A stretch of DNA of 64,000 nt from NCBI GenBank assembly GCA_963836075.1, contig CAWIIB010000001.1, forward strand, positions 1,664,001 through 1,728,000, written 5' to 3'. The first letter of the stretch is position 1. Each line of letters starts with the position of its first letter. Below the pieces are notes generated by a model. It saw nothing but the letters and a program-made list of their open reading frames with translations, made no database searches and was not told where the DNA came from. Below are positions 30,128-39,816 of this stretch, one piece after another. The DNA is from an uncultured Acidobacteriota bacterium (GTDB lineage: Bacteria > Acidobacteriota > JAQAZP01). The position numbers were made by a program, and so were the translations under genes.

Positions 30128-31648
30128 TTGAAAACAAAACAATTATTCACATTCGCTTTAACCTTGGTGTTGGCGATCAGCTTAACTGCAACATCCTGGG
30201 CACAATCACCCAGGATGAAAATGACCACCGACATCCCGGCTTCGATAACGGCTCCGGACAAGGTGCAAACCTCCCTCGGCACCCTCGAATACTTCGACGG
30301 CGTGCCCGAAGAGGCCACGGTGGCGAAGGTCTACGACTACCTCGACCGCTCCAGGGCCGTGGAAGCGTTCCTCAACTGCATCCCGGCGATGTCGATGTAC
30401 GGGATCCGGGAGGGACAGCGGGAATTCGGGATCGATGCCAGCAACAAGATCGTTATTTACGACAACCTGTTGGACTCCAAGGCGCTCTGGCTGACCGCGA
30501 ATACCTCCACCATGTATGCCATGGGCTGGCTCGATCTCAAGAAAGACGGCCCCACGGTGGTCGACCTGCCGCCGCGAATGCTGGGCATCCTCGACGACAT
30601 GGCCTTCCTCTACATGACTGATCTGGGTATGGCCGGCCCCGACAAGGGCCAGGGCGGCAAGTTCCTGGTCCTGCCTCCGGGCTATGAGGGCGATGTGCCG
30701 GACGGATACTACGTGGTGAAATCAAACACCTACGGGGCCTGGCTCTTCATGCGCGGCTATCTCGACAAGGGTATCAAGGCCGCCTCGGAGAACATCCGCA
30801 ACAACCTCAAGGTCTACCCGCTGGCAAAAAAAGACAACCAGCCGACCATGCAGTTCATCAACGGAACCGGTGTGGAGATTCAGACCGTCCTGCCGAACGA
30901 CTTCTCCTTCTTCAGGAATGTTCACGCCATCCTCCAGGAAGAACCGGCCGGTTTCCTCGGTGCCGAGATCAGCGGCCAGTTGGCGGCCATCGGCCTTGAA
31001 AAGGGGAAACCGTTCCCGACGGACAAACGCATGACCGACATCCTGGTGGACGCCGCAGCCATCGGCAACGCCGCGGCCCGCGCCATCAGCTTCGCTCCGC
31101 GGCATCCGGGGCTCTACACCTACGGCAAGGACAGCGGCTGGTACCAGCCCATTATCGGCGGGAGCACCACCTACATGGACAATGGCTCCCGCGTTCTGGA
31201 CGGGCGCGTGTTCTACCACTTCGGCTACATCTGTGTCTCGCCGGCCATGTCGAGCAAATCTGCGGGCAAGGGCTCGGACTACTCCATGGGCATGGTGGAC
31301 TCCAAGGGCCAGCCGCTGGACGGTTCCAAGACCTACAAGCTGCACCTGCCGCCCGATATCCCGGTCAAGGACTTCTGGGCGCTGACCATGTATGACACGC
31401 AAACCCGCTGCCAGCTGCAGACCGACCAGCAGTTCCCCACTTTGGACAGCTACGCCAAAGGCATGAAAACCAACCCCGACGGTTCCATAGACGTCTATTT
31501 CGCTCCCCAAGCGCCCGCCGGCCAGGAGAGCAACTGGCTGCAGACCATCCCGGGCAAGAGCTGGTTCGTGGCCCTGCGAATGTACGGCCCGCTGGAGTCC
31601 TGGCTCGATCAGACCTGGCGGCCGGGTGAGATCGAACTGGTGGAGTAG
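30128..31648 (+). CDS. DUF1254/DUF1214 secreted protein (subtype C)
   Basis: TTG start with RBS; LTANTSTMY, GPDKGQGGKFLVLPP, RMYGP. Confidence 0.9.
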   Translation: MKTKQLFTFALTLVLAISLTATSWAQSPRMKMTTDIPASITAPDKVQTSLGTLEYFDGVPEEATVAKVYDYLDRSRAVEAFLNCIPAMSMYGIREGQREFGIDASNKIVIYDNLLDSKALWLTANTSTMYAMGWLDLKKDGPTVVDLPPRMLGILDDMAFLYMTDLGMAGPDKGQGGKFLVLPPGYEGDVPDGYYVVKSNTYGAWLFMRGYLDKGIKAASENIRNNLKVYPLAKKDNQPTMQFINGTGVEIQTVLPNDFSFFRNVHAILQEEPAGFLGAEISGQLAAIGLEKGKPFPTDKRMTDILVDAAAIGNAAARAISFAPRHPGLYTYGKDSGWYQPIIGGSTTYMDNGSRVLDGRVFYHFGYICVSPAMSSKSAGKGSDYSMGMVDSKGQPLDGSKTYKLHLPPDIPVKDFWALTMYDTQTRCQLQTDQQFPTLDSYAKGMKTNPDGSIDVYFAPQAPAGQESNWLQTIPGKSWFVALRMYGPLESWLDQTWRPGEIELVE

Positions 31649-31719
31649 GAGGCCGGAGGATGCAGGATCCAGCATCTTGCATCCAAGAGTTCAACGACTG
31701 AAGAAAAGGAGAACGAATC

Positions 31720-33231
31720 ATGAAAACGAAATCGCTCACATTCATCCTGGTTGCACTGGTGGCCATCTGCCTGATGGCGCCGGCCTCCGCGCAAACTCCG
31801 ACCTACAAAATGACCACACAGATCCCTGCGAACGTGCTGATACCGGATGAGGTGGAAACCCGCCTGGGAACCCTGAAGTTCTTTGATGGCGTGCCCACGG
31901 CTGAAACCGCCCAACTCATCTGGGATAATCAGGACTTTTCTCGTGCGGTAGAGTCCATGATCATGTGTACGCCGGCCGCTTCACTTGTTGGTTTCAGAAG
32001 AGGAATCCGTGAATATGGCCCCGATAATGAAACCGTTATTATCTGGGAAAGTCGTCTGGATTCTAAAGGACTTCTGTTAACCGGTAATACGACGGTGATC
32101 TACCTGTTCATGTGGATTGACACGAAAAGTGGTCCGGTTGTCATGGAAACACCCCCCAATGTATTGGCCATCGTAGACAACTTCTGGTTCCACTATGTCA
32201 CCGATATTGGAAATGCTGGGCCCGATAAAGGTAAAGGTGGAAAATACATCATTCTTCCACCTGATTATGAAGGAGATCTGGAAGAAGGCCCCTTTGTTAA
32301 AAGGTCGGACACCTATGGCAACTGGTTCTGCTTAAGAGGTTTTCCTAAAGGCGATGACAACGCCGCTGTTGTGAAAAACATTAAGGATCATTTAAAAGTA
32401 TATCCTTTAGCGGAAGCCGATAACCCAACGCCTGTAAAGTTTCACGACGTATCCAACAAGTATATCAACACCTTGCATGCACAGGATATCACCTTCTTCC
32501 ACGAAGTGAATGAAGTGGTTCAGGAAGAACCCGCCGCTGCCTGGGATGCTGAATCATTAGGAATGCTTGCTTCCATTGGAATCGAGAAAGGGAAAGAGTT
32601 CAAGCCCGATGCTCGAATGACCAAGATCCTGAAAGAGGCAGCAATAGTTGGTACTGCCACGCAACGCTCCATTATCTGGAGAAACAGAAACGAAAACGTA
32701 AAGATCTGGCCGGAAAGCAAAAGCTGGGAGTTGGGTTTTGCCGGCGGAAGCTACGCTTTTGAACATAATGGTGCTCGCTTAATCAACGAAAGAACCCGGT
32801 TCCATTACTATGCAACCGGTATCACTCCGGTCATGGTCAAACCTCCAGTGGGTGCCGGTTCTCAATACGTAATTGGTCTGCGTGATTCAGACGGTGGAAT
32901 CCTGAATGGTTCCGAAACCTACAAGCTGCATATTCCGGCCAACGTCCCTGTGAAACGCTTCTGGGAACTCACGGTATATGACAATCAGACCCGTTGCATG
33001 CTGCAGACCGACCAACGTCTGCCCGGCGTGACCAGTATCCAGAGCGATGTGGTCCAGAATGCCGACGGCTCCTACGACGTCTTCTTCGGTCCGAAAAAGC
33101 CGGAAGGTAAGGTCAACTGGATACAAACCCTTCCGAATAAAGGCTGGAACGTACTCTGGAGAGTCTACAGCCCAACCCAGGTCTGGTACGACAAAGCATG
33201 GCGCCCGGGTGAGATTGAACTGGTGCAGTAA
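31720..33231 (+). CDS. DUF1254/DUF1214 secreted protein (subtype A')
   Basis: Long identical stretches with 20053 (RLDSKGLLLTGNTTV, YATGITP.MVKPPVGAGSQYVIGLRD). Confidence 0.9.
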   Translation: MKTKSLTFILVALVAICLMAPASAQTPTYKMTTQIPANVLIPDEVETRLGTLKFFDGVPTAETAQLIWDNQDFSRAVESMIMCTPAASLVGFRRGIREYGPDNETVIIWESRLDSKGLLLTGNTTVIYLFMWIDTKSGPVVMETPPNVLAIVDNFWFHYVTDIGNAGPDKGKGGKYIILPPDYEGDLEEGPFVKRSDTYGNWFCLRGFPKGDDNAAVVKNIKDHLKVYPLAEADNPTPVKFHDVSNKYINTLHAQDITFFHEVNEVVQEEPAAAWDAESLGMLASIGIEKGKEFKPDARMTKILKEAAIVGTATQRSIIWRNRNENVKIWPESKSWELGFAGGSYAFEHNGARLINERTRFHYYATGITPVMVKPPVGAGSQYVIGLRDSDGGILNGSETYKLHIPANVPVKRFWELTVYDNQTRCMLQTDQRLPGVTSIQSDVVQNADGSYDVFFGPKKPEGKVNWIQTLPNKGWNVLWRVYSPTQVWYDKAWRPGEIELVQ

Positions 33232-33253
33232 AGAACATAGAAAGGAGAGCGTC

Positions 33254-33601
33254 ATGGGTATTTTTGGAGACGACAAACTTCAGGATGAGCGGATCACCGC
33301 TCTGGAGAACCACATCCGCATATTGACCGAAACCGTGCAGGCCAACCAGGCGGACCTGGTGGAAGGACGAATCGCCATCCTCGCGCTGCAGGCGAAGGTC
33401 GACGAGAAGGTCTCGTCAACGGACGTTGACCCGGCCATCGTCAAGCTGAACCAGGATCTCGGGGTCGCACGGCAGCGTCTGGAGGAATCCTCCGCCGCCG
33501 CGGCCGAAAGCTGGGCCACACTGCAAAGCGGTGTGCGGGACGCCTTCGAGGGCCTGCGCCAGAGCATGAGCCAGGCCACGGATCAGATCAAGAAGGCGTG
33601 A
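33254..33601 (+). CDS. Hypothetical coiled-coil protein
   Basis: RBS AGGAG, 115-aa helical ORF, AAAESW..LQSGVRDAF tail. Confidence 0.7.
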   Translation: MGIFGDDKLQDERITALENHIRILTETVQANQADLVEGRIAILALQAKVDEKVSSTDVDPAIVKLNQDLGVARQRLEESSAAAAESWATLQSGVRDAFEGLRQSMSQATDQIKKA

Positions 33602-33632
33602 TCGATTCGAGGTCAGGGGAGGTGAGACGGCC

Positions 33633-34055
33633 ATGACACTGAGGACCAGGGAATCTATGCAACGTGACCGGATGTTCCTCCGGCTCTTCCTCAAGAAGTC
33701 CTTGTCCGAGTTGACCGACGAGGAAGTGGTCTACTTCCGGGAGCACCCGGACGAAATCGAAGAGGTGACGGCGCCGGTCAACGTGCACAAGCTGTTTCTC
33801 TGGACCGGTGCGCTTCTCGGGGCGCTGTGTGTGGCCGTTTCCAAGGTGATCAAGTTCTCCCAGTTCGGCCTCTTGTCCGAGGGTTTTCGCGAATTTGTGG
33901 TCGACATCATTTTCGAATCCGGGGTGGCGTTGATCGGAGCCGCGGTCACCGCCTACATCCTCGGCATCCTGCTGAACAAACAGCAGGAAAATGCGGCACA
34001 GTGGCGGACCGAGATCCGCCGCAGAATCGGTGAATCCAAGCTTACGAACGACTGA
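33633..34055 (+). CDS. Hypothetical two-TM membrane protein
   Basis: RBS GGAGG; two hydrophobic segments. Confidence 0.65.
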   Translation: MTLRTRESMQRDRMFLRLFLKKSLSELTDEEVVYFREHPDEIEEVTAPVNVHKLFLWTGALLGALCVAVSKVIKFSQFGLLSEGFREFVVDIIFESGVALIGAAVTAYILGILLNKQQENAAQWRTEIRRRIGESKLTND

Positions 34056-34075
34056 TGGAGAGAAGGAGCATAAAG

Positions 34076-35596
34076 ATGAAATCACTGTTCACTCTGGCAC
34101 TGTCACTGCTGCTGGCTGCCGGACTGGCCGCTCCGGCCGCGGCACAGGCACCGACGTACAAGATGACCACTCACATCCCCGATAAGATCACCACCCCGGA
34201 CAAGGTGGAGACATCCCTCGGCACCCTGGAGTTCTTCGACGGGGTGCCCATCGGCGACACCACCGAGAAAGTCTACGACTACGTGGACCGCGCCCGAGCG
34301 GTGGAGGTGTTCATCAACATGACGCCCGCCGTCTCGATGTACAACCTCCGCAAGGGTCAGCGGAACCTCGGCCACACCAGGAGCAACCAGATCGTGATCG
34401 CCGAACAGATGGGCGATTCCAAGCCGCTGGTGCTGACCTGGAACAACACCTCGCTCTACGCCTGGGGATTCCTCGACCTGATGAAGGACGGCCCCACCGT
34501 GATCGAGATCCCGCCTGATGTGCTGGGCATCCTCGACGACATGTACTTCCGCTACATCACCGACATGGGCGCGGCTGGACCCGACAAGGGCAAGGGCGGC
34601 AAGTATCTTATCCTGCCCCCGGGCTACGCGGGCGACGTGCCGAGTGGCTACTACGTCTTCGAGTCCAAGACCTATGGTGTGTGGAACTTCATGCGTGGAT
34701 TCGTGCGTGACAGCGTCAAGGACGCGGCCGACAACATCAAACAGAACCTGAAGGTCTACCCGTTGGCGATGAAGGACAACCCGCCCAAGATGGAGTACCT
34801 GAACATGTCGGGCCGGGGGGACTTCCAGACCATCGCGCCCAACGACTTCAGCTTCTACGAAGAGGTGCACGCCCTGGTCCAGGAGGAGGCCGACGGCTGG
34901 GCGGACCCGGAGCTCCTGGGACAGTGCCGGGCCATCGGCATCGTGAAGGGCGAGCCCTTCGCTCCCGACGCGCGCCTGAAGAAGATCCTCGTCGACGCCG
35001 TGGCCATCGGCAACGCCTACTCCCGCGCCAACACGGTGCGCCCCCGCGACCCGGGCCAATGGATCTACCCCGGTGACGACAGCGAGTGGGTCATGGCCTA
35101 CCCCGGCAAGGATACGTACTTCATCGAGAACGGCGCCCGCCGCATGGACGGTCGCTTGTGGATGCACTACAACGCCGTCTGCGTGACTCCGGCCATGGCG
35201 CTGACCCGGCCCGGGGCGGGATCGGACTATCAGATCGCCGGTCTCGACGGGAACGGCAAGCCGCTGGATGGCGCCAAGACCTACAAGCTGCACCTGCCGC
35301 CCGACTTCCCGGTGAAGGACAACTGGTCGGTGACCATCTACGATCCGCAGACCCGCTCCATGCTGCAGACCGATCAGAAGTTCGCGGGAATCAACAGCCT
35401 CAGCGGCGACGTCAAGAAGAACGCCGACCGCTCCATCGACGTCTACTTCGCGCCCGAGCCGGTCAAGGGCTTCGAGAAGAACTGGATCCAGACGATCCCG
35501 GGCAAGAGCTGGTTCATCCTGCTGCGGGCGTACGGTCCGCTTCAGCCGTGGATCGACAAGACCTGGCGGCCAAGTGAACTGAAGCTGGTGGAATAG
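34076..35596 (+). CDS. DUF1254/DUF1214 secreted protein (subtype C')
   Basis: TSLGTLE.FDGVP, GILDDM, YKLHLPPD.PVKD, QTIPGKSWF shared with 30128. Confidence 0.9.
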   Translation: MKSLFTLALSLLLAAGLAAPAAAQAPTYKMTTHIPDKITTPDKVETSLGTLEFFDGVPIGDTTEKVYDYVDRARAVEVFINMTPAVSMYNLRKGQRNLGHTRSNQIVIAEQMGDSKPLVLTWNNTSLYAWGFLDLMKDGPTVIEIPPDVLGILDDMYFRYITDMGAAGPDKGKGGKYLILPPGYAGDVPSGYYVFESKTYGVWNFMRGFVRDSVKDAADNIKQNLKVYPLAMKDNPPKMEYLNMSGRGDFQTIAPNDFSFYEEVHALVQEEADGWADPELLGQCRAIGIVKGEPFAPDARLKKILVDAVAIGNAYSRANTVRPRDPGQWIYPGDDSEWVMAYPGKDTYFIENGARRMDGRLWMHYNAVCVTPAMALTRPGAGSDYQIAGLDGNGKPLDGAKTYKLHLPPDFPVKDNWSVTIYDPQTRSMLQTDQKFAGINSLSGDVKKNADRSIDVYFAPEPVKGFEKNWIQTIPGKSWFILLRAYGPLQPWIDKTWRPSELKLVE

Positions 35597-35617
35597 AAAA
35601 CAGCGAGAGGTGAATCG

Positions 35618-36616
35618 ATGATCCAGAGACCGACCCGAAGAGCGCCGGGGAGTCGGGCGCTCTCCTGGGACGCGGTGTCCGTGATCCTGCTGGCAGCGGT
35701 CCTGGCGATCGCCATCGCCACATCGACCCATGCCGCCGAGGGCGGAGGCAGCCACTACAGCCCTGGTTTCTACGGAGATTTCGGAGTTGCCCTGGCCCCC
35801 GATCCAGGATTCGCCCTGCGCAATGATTTCTACTACTACTCGGGTGACGCCTCCGGGCGACGGGTGGTGCAGAACGGCGAGCTGCGAGCCGATATCGAGG
35901 CGGATACGTACATGTACATGGCCACCGGCCTGATGACCCTGGACAAGGAGTTCCTTGGCGGACGATACGCCTTCGGGGCCTTCCTGCCCGTTCTCTCCAG
36001 CAGTGTTTCAGGTTCGGTGGTCCTCGATCCGCTGGACGCCGACCCGGAGACCGTGGCCTTTGATGCGAGCCGGACCGGGTTCAGCGACCTTGGGCTCATT
36101 CCTGCTTCAATCTTCTGGAATGCCGGCAACTTCCATTTCAACGCCTACGAAGTCATCATCGTCCCCACCGGTTCGTATAACGTGAACCGTGATGTCAACA
36201 CCGGGCTGAACTACTGGAGCTTCGACACGGTATTGGCCACCACCTGGTTCCAGCCGGACCGGGGCCACGAAGTGTCGGCGGTCCTCGGCTACATATTCAA
36301 TACAGAGAACAGCGCCACGGAGTACAAGACCGGGCAGGAGTTCCACCTCGACTACATGCTGAACCAGTTTTTCTCCGAAACGTTCGCCCTGGGTCTGCAC
36401 GGCTTCTACTACAAGCAGGTGACCGGCGACTCGGGCAGCGGGGCCCTGCTCGGCGATTTCAAGGGCGAGGGGGCAGGTATCGGTCCGGCGGCCATGCTGG
36501 CCACCAAAGCCGGTGATACGGACATAGTGATCAGCGCCAGGTGGATCCACGAGTTCCTGGCCGAACACCGGCTGGAGGGAAACAACTTCTACCTCAGCCT
36601 GACCCTGGCCTTCTAG
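35618..36616 (+). CDS. MetA-pathway/COG4313 (SphA-like) outer-membrane channel
   Basis: AEGGGSHY.PG, PTGSY, Y.TGQEFHLD, YYKQVTGDSG, GIGP; C-terminal Phe. Confidence 0.85.
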   Translation: MIQRPTRRAPGSRALSWDAVSVILLAAVLAIAIATSTHAAEGGGSHYSPGFYGDFGVALAPDPGFALRNDFYYYSGDASGRRVVQNGELRADIEADTYMYMATGLMTLDKEFLGGRYAFGAFLPVLSSSVSGSVVLDPLDADPETVAFDASRTGFSDLGLIPASIFWNAGNFHFNAYEVIIVPTGSYNVNRDVNTGLNYWSFDTVLATTWFQPDRGHEVSAVLGYIFNTENSATEYKTGQEFHLDYMLNQFFSETFALGLHGFYYKQVTGDSGSGALLGDFKGEGAGIGPAAMLATKAGDTDIVISARWIHEFLAEHRLEGNNFYLSLTLAF

Positions 36617-36701
36617 GTGGAATATGGGACGTGATAGGGTACTGCCGAACGAGCTGAAACCCCTGGCAACAAGCGCACGGCAAAACACGAGAGACGGAGT
36701 A

Positions 36702-37805
36702 ATGATGACCCACTCGGCCACGACCCGTTGGGCCTGGAGAATAACCGGCATCCTGTTGCTGCTCCTCTGGGGCGTGGCACCGGTCCAGGCCCGGGAGAAG
36801 ACCGACATCGTGGTGTTGGCCAACGGCACCCGGCTGCAGGTGGAGATCGATTCGCTGGACCGGGGGCTGCTAAAAGCCGGCACAAACGAGATGGGGACGC
36901 TGAACATCGAGTGGGATGATGTGGCGGCGGTGAGCAGCAACTTCGTCTACGACCTGACGGTGGAGGGCGGTGAAAAGTACGTCGGCACCCTGGAGGAGGG
37001 GCCAGAGGAGGGGACCCTGGTGGTCCGCGGCGACGAAGGGGCGGTCACCCTGGAGCTGCCCGACGTGGTGCTGATCTATCCCCTGGAAGCCAGCTTCTGG
37101 AAGCGCATCAAGGGATCGGTGGACATCGGCTACTCCCTGCGCAGCGAGAGCAACCTCAGCCAGCTGACCTTCGACTTCGACGCCAGCTACTACACCCACC
37201 GGCTCCTCAGAAGATTGAGCCTCAACTCGTATTTCAGCGACCAGGACGACTCGGAAACCACCCAACAGAGCTCGTTGAAGTTCAACATCACCCGCTTCCT
37301 GCTGAAGTTTCCCAAGTGGGGCACCATGGCCATGGTGGCCGCGCAGCAGAACAGCGAGCAGGGTCTTGACCGCCGGGTCATCGGGGGGGCGATGTTAGGC
37401 CGCAGTCTGGTGGCCACCAACCAGAATTTGCTGCTGGTCTTTGCCGGTGCCGCGGTCAACCACGAAAATTACTCCGGCCTGGATGACGGGAGCACTGAAG
37501 AAGGCACGGATCCATTCGCCGAAACCAGTGAATACAACTGGGAAGGGGTGTTCCTGCTGGCCTACCAGGGCGACCGCTACAACTCACCAAAATTCCACAT
37601 GGACGTCGGCCTGCTTGTATTTCCCGGCATCACCAACACCGACCGGCTTCGTGTCCAGTTCCAGGGAGGCATCAGTTACGAGGTGTTCAGTGACTTCACC
37701 GTCGGCCTCACCTCCACCTACTCATACGATTCACTGCCCCCGGTGGCCGGCGTGGAAGAAACGTCCTATGTCCTGGGCGCCACCATCGGCTACAGCTTCA
37801 ACTAG
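36702..37805 (+). CDS. DUF481-like outer-membrane beta-barrel (copy 1)
   Basis: Signal peptide; KTD.V.L.NG, FW.RIKGS..IGY, QQNSE.GLD.R, C-terminal TIGYSF. Confidence 0.8.
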   Translation: MMTHSATTRWAWRITGILLLLLWGVAPVQAREKTDIVVLANGTRLQVEIDSLDRGLLKAGTNEMGTLNIEWDDVAAVSSNFVYDLTVEGGEKYVGTLEEGPEEGTLVVRGDEGAVTLELPDVVLIYPLEASFWKRIKGSVDIGYSLRSESNLSQLTFDFDASYYTHRLLRRLSLNSYFSDQDDSETTQQSSLKFNITRFLLKFPKWGTMAMVAAQQNSEQGLDRRVIGGAMLGRSLVATNQNLLLVFAGAAVNHENYSGLDDGSTEEGTDPFAETSEYNWEGVFLLAYQGDRYNSPKFHMDVGLLVFPGITNTDRLRVQFQGGISYEVFSDFTVGLTSTYSYDSLPPVAGVEETSYVLGATIGYSFN

Positions 37806-37893
37806 TCGTATCAGCCACGGGCCCCTGTTTCGAATTCATCGCACCGACTGAACCGTTCACGTTTCAGTCAATGGCCGGCAGAGGAGAACCGCC

Positions 37894-38958
37894 ATGCAGA
37901 ACCGAATACTCTCACGTTCGTCGCCGCGCATCACCTTCCTGCTGGTGCTGTGCATCGGCATCAGTCTGCTCTTTTTCTGGATGATCAAGGGCTTTCTGAT
38001 GGCGATCCTGCTGGCGGCGGTGATGGCCGGAATCACCCACCCCTTCTGCCGCCGTTTCGCCGAGAAGATCGGCGGCCGCAAGGGTGTCGCCGCCGGAGTG
38101 ACAGTCCTGCTCTGCCTGGTGCTGGTCATTGTTCCGCTGCTCTTCTTCATCGGCCTCATGGTCAATGAGGCGGTGAACATCAGCGGATCGGCCACCGAGT
38201 TTGTGACCCGGGAGATGGCGGACACCGAGAGCCTGGACGAGACGATTGAGAAATACCCGGAGTTGAAAAAGCTGGTCCCCTACCAGGACGAGATCATCAC
38301 CAAGGCCGGCGAACTGGCGGCCAGGGCCGGTTCCCACGTGGCCGGCTGGCTGGCCGCCGGGGCAGCCGGAACCGCCTCCTTCGTTCTGGCGCTCTTCATC
38401 ATGCTCTTCGCCATGTTCCAGTTCCTGATCAACGGCCCGGAGATCCTCGAGACGATGCTGCGCCACACACCGCTGTCCGGGGAAGACCGGAGCCGGTTGC
38501 TGGGCACCTTCGCCTCGGTGGGTCGGGCCACGCTGAAGGGCACGGTGATCATCGGCATCGTCCAGGGCAGCCTGGCCGGTCTCTCCTTCTGGGTGGCGGG
38601 AATCGAGGGGGTGATCTTCTGGAGTACGATCATGGCCGTGTTGTCGATCATCCCCGGTATCGGCGCCGCGCTGATCTGGGTGCCGGCGGTGGTCTATCTC
38701 TTTCTCAACGGCCAGACCGGGGCGGCCATCGGTGTGGCGCTGTGGTGCGCCATCGTGGTGGGCACGGTGGACAACTTCCTGCGCCCGGTGTTGATCGGCA
38801 AGGACACGGAAATGCCCGACCTGCTGGTGCTGCTCACCACGCTGGGCGGCCTGGCGATGTTCGGCGCCACAGGCATCCTCATCGGGCCGATCATCGGGGC
38901 GCTGTTCATGACCGCCTGGCGGTTGTGGGGCGGTGCTGTGGATGAAGCCTGTACCTGA
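37894..38958 (+). CDS. AI-2E family transporter
   Basis: IPGIGAALIWVP, DNFLRPVLIG, TLGGL..FG..GILIGP. Confidence 0.92.
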   Translation: MQNRILSRSSPRITFLLVLCIGISLLFFWMIKGFLMAILLAAVMAGITHPFCRRFAEKIGGRKGVAAGVTVLLCLVLVIVPLLFFIGLMVNEAVNISGSATEFVTREMADTESLDETIEKYPELKKLVPYQDEIITKAGELAARAGSHVAGWLAAGAAGTASFVLALFIMLFAMFQFLINGPEILETMLRHTPLSGEDRSRLLGTFASVGRATLKGTVIIGIVQGSLAGLSFWVAGIEGVIFWSTIMAVLSIIPGIGAALIWVPAVVYLFLNGQTGAAIGVALWCAIVVGTVDNFLRPVLIGKDTEMPDLLVLLTTLGGLAMFGATGILIGPIIGALFMTAWRLWGGAVDEACT

Positions 38959-38977
38959 CAACGGCGAGGAGTAAAAC

Positions 38978-39268
38978 ATGGCAAAGGATGACGCAATCCA
39001 GGCCGAGTTGAAGGAGCTGCGAGCCCAGCTGGAGGCGGTGCAGGCCCGGGATGCCGCTTCGGAGGCAGGGGATGAGCCAGCATCATCCACCGAAGAGGGC
39101 GACGCGACCGACGAAACCGAAACCGTGGAATCGGTGCACAAGGATTTGTCCGCTCAGATCCATGATTTCATCGAGCGGATGGACCATGAACTGAAAGACG
39201 CCAACCCGAGCATGTTGCTGACGGTCTTCGGCCTCGGGGTGTTTACCGGTTGGCTGCTGAGGCGATAG
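38978..39268 (+). CDS. ElaB/YqjD (DUF883)-like tail-anchored protein
   Basis: C-terminal NP...L..FGLGVFTGWLLRR anchor. Confidence 0.6.
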   Translation: MAKDDAIQAELKELRAQLEAVQARDAASEAGDEPASSTEEGDATDETETVESVHKDLSAQIHDFIERMDHELKDANPSMLLTVFGLGVFTGWLLRR

Positions 39269-39278
39269 GAGAAAGACC

Positions 39279-39758
39279 ATGTCCGATACATTCATCAAAC
39301 TCCAGATTCTCGCCCGAGCGGAAATGGCCCTGGCCAGGATCCGCATCCAATTGGCCACCAGGCAATCGGTGATGCTGGCCGCCGCTGCCCTCTCCGGGCT
39401 GCTGGGGCTGGGGCTGTTCAATCTTGCGGCCTTCTTTGCCATCAGCCCCAGCCAGGGGCCGGCAGTGGCCGCACTGGTGGTGGGCCTGATCAACGCGGCC
39501 ATCACCATCGGGTTCGTACTGATCGCCCGCACCATGGGTCCCAACGAGAACGAGCAACGGCTGGCCCTGGAGATGCGCGATCTGGCCACCACCGAGCTGA
39601 ATCGCGATGTGGCGCAGGTCAAGGAGGAGCTGGCCCAGCTGTCCGCCGACGTGCGCAGCATTCACGGGGCGTTCAAGTCCTTTTCCGACGTGACGACGAA
39701 AACGCTTGTCCCGCTGCTGGGGATGGTGTTCAAGTTCGGGAAGAAGGACAAGGATTGA
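39279..39758 (+). CDS. YqjE-like ('phage holin family') membrane protein
   Basis: LARAE N-terminus, two TM helices, C-terminal coiled coil; follows the ElaB-like gene. Confidence 0.7.
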   Translation: MSDTFIKLQILARAEMALARIRIQLATRQSVMLAAAALSGLLGLGLFNLAAFFAISPSQGPAVAALVVGLINAAITIGFVLIARTMGPNENEQRLALEMRDLATTELNRDVAQVKEELAQLSADVRSIHGAFKSFSDVTTKTLVPLLGMVFKFGKKDKD

Positions 39759-39816
39759 AGACCAATCGAACAGTGAGGAGAACCGAGATGCCAAGGTGGA
39801 AAAGGAGTAGCAAACA

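Noticed and set aside
19200-36616. Gene array with intergenic hairpins as an integron cassette array
   Set aside because: No integrase, no RYYYAAC/GTTRRRY attC ends, and the hairpins are unrelated to each other
39279-39758. Holin as evidence of a prophage
   Set aside because: YqjE-like protein next to an ElaB-like gene, with no phage genes nearby
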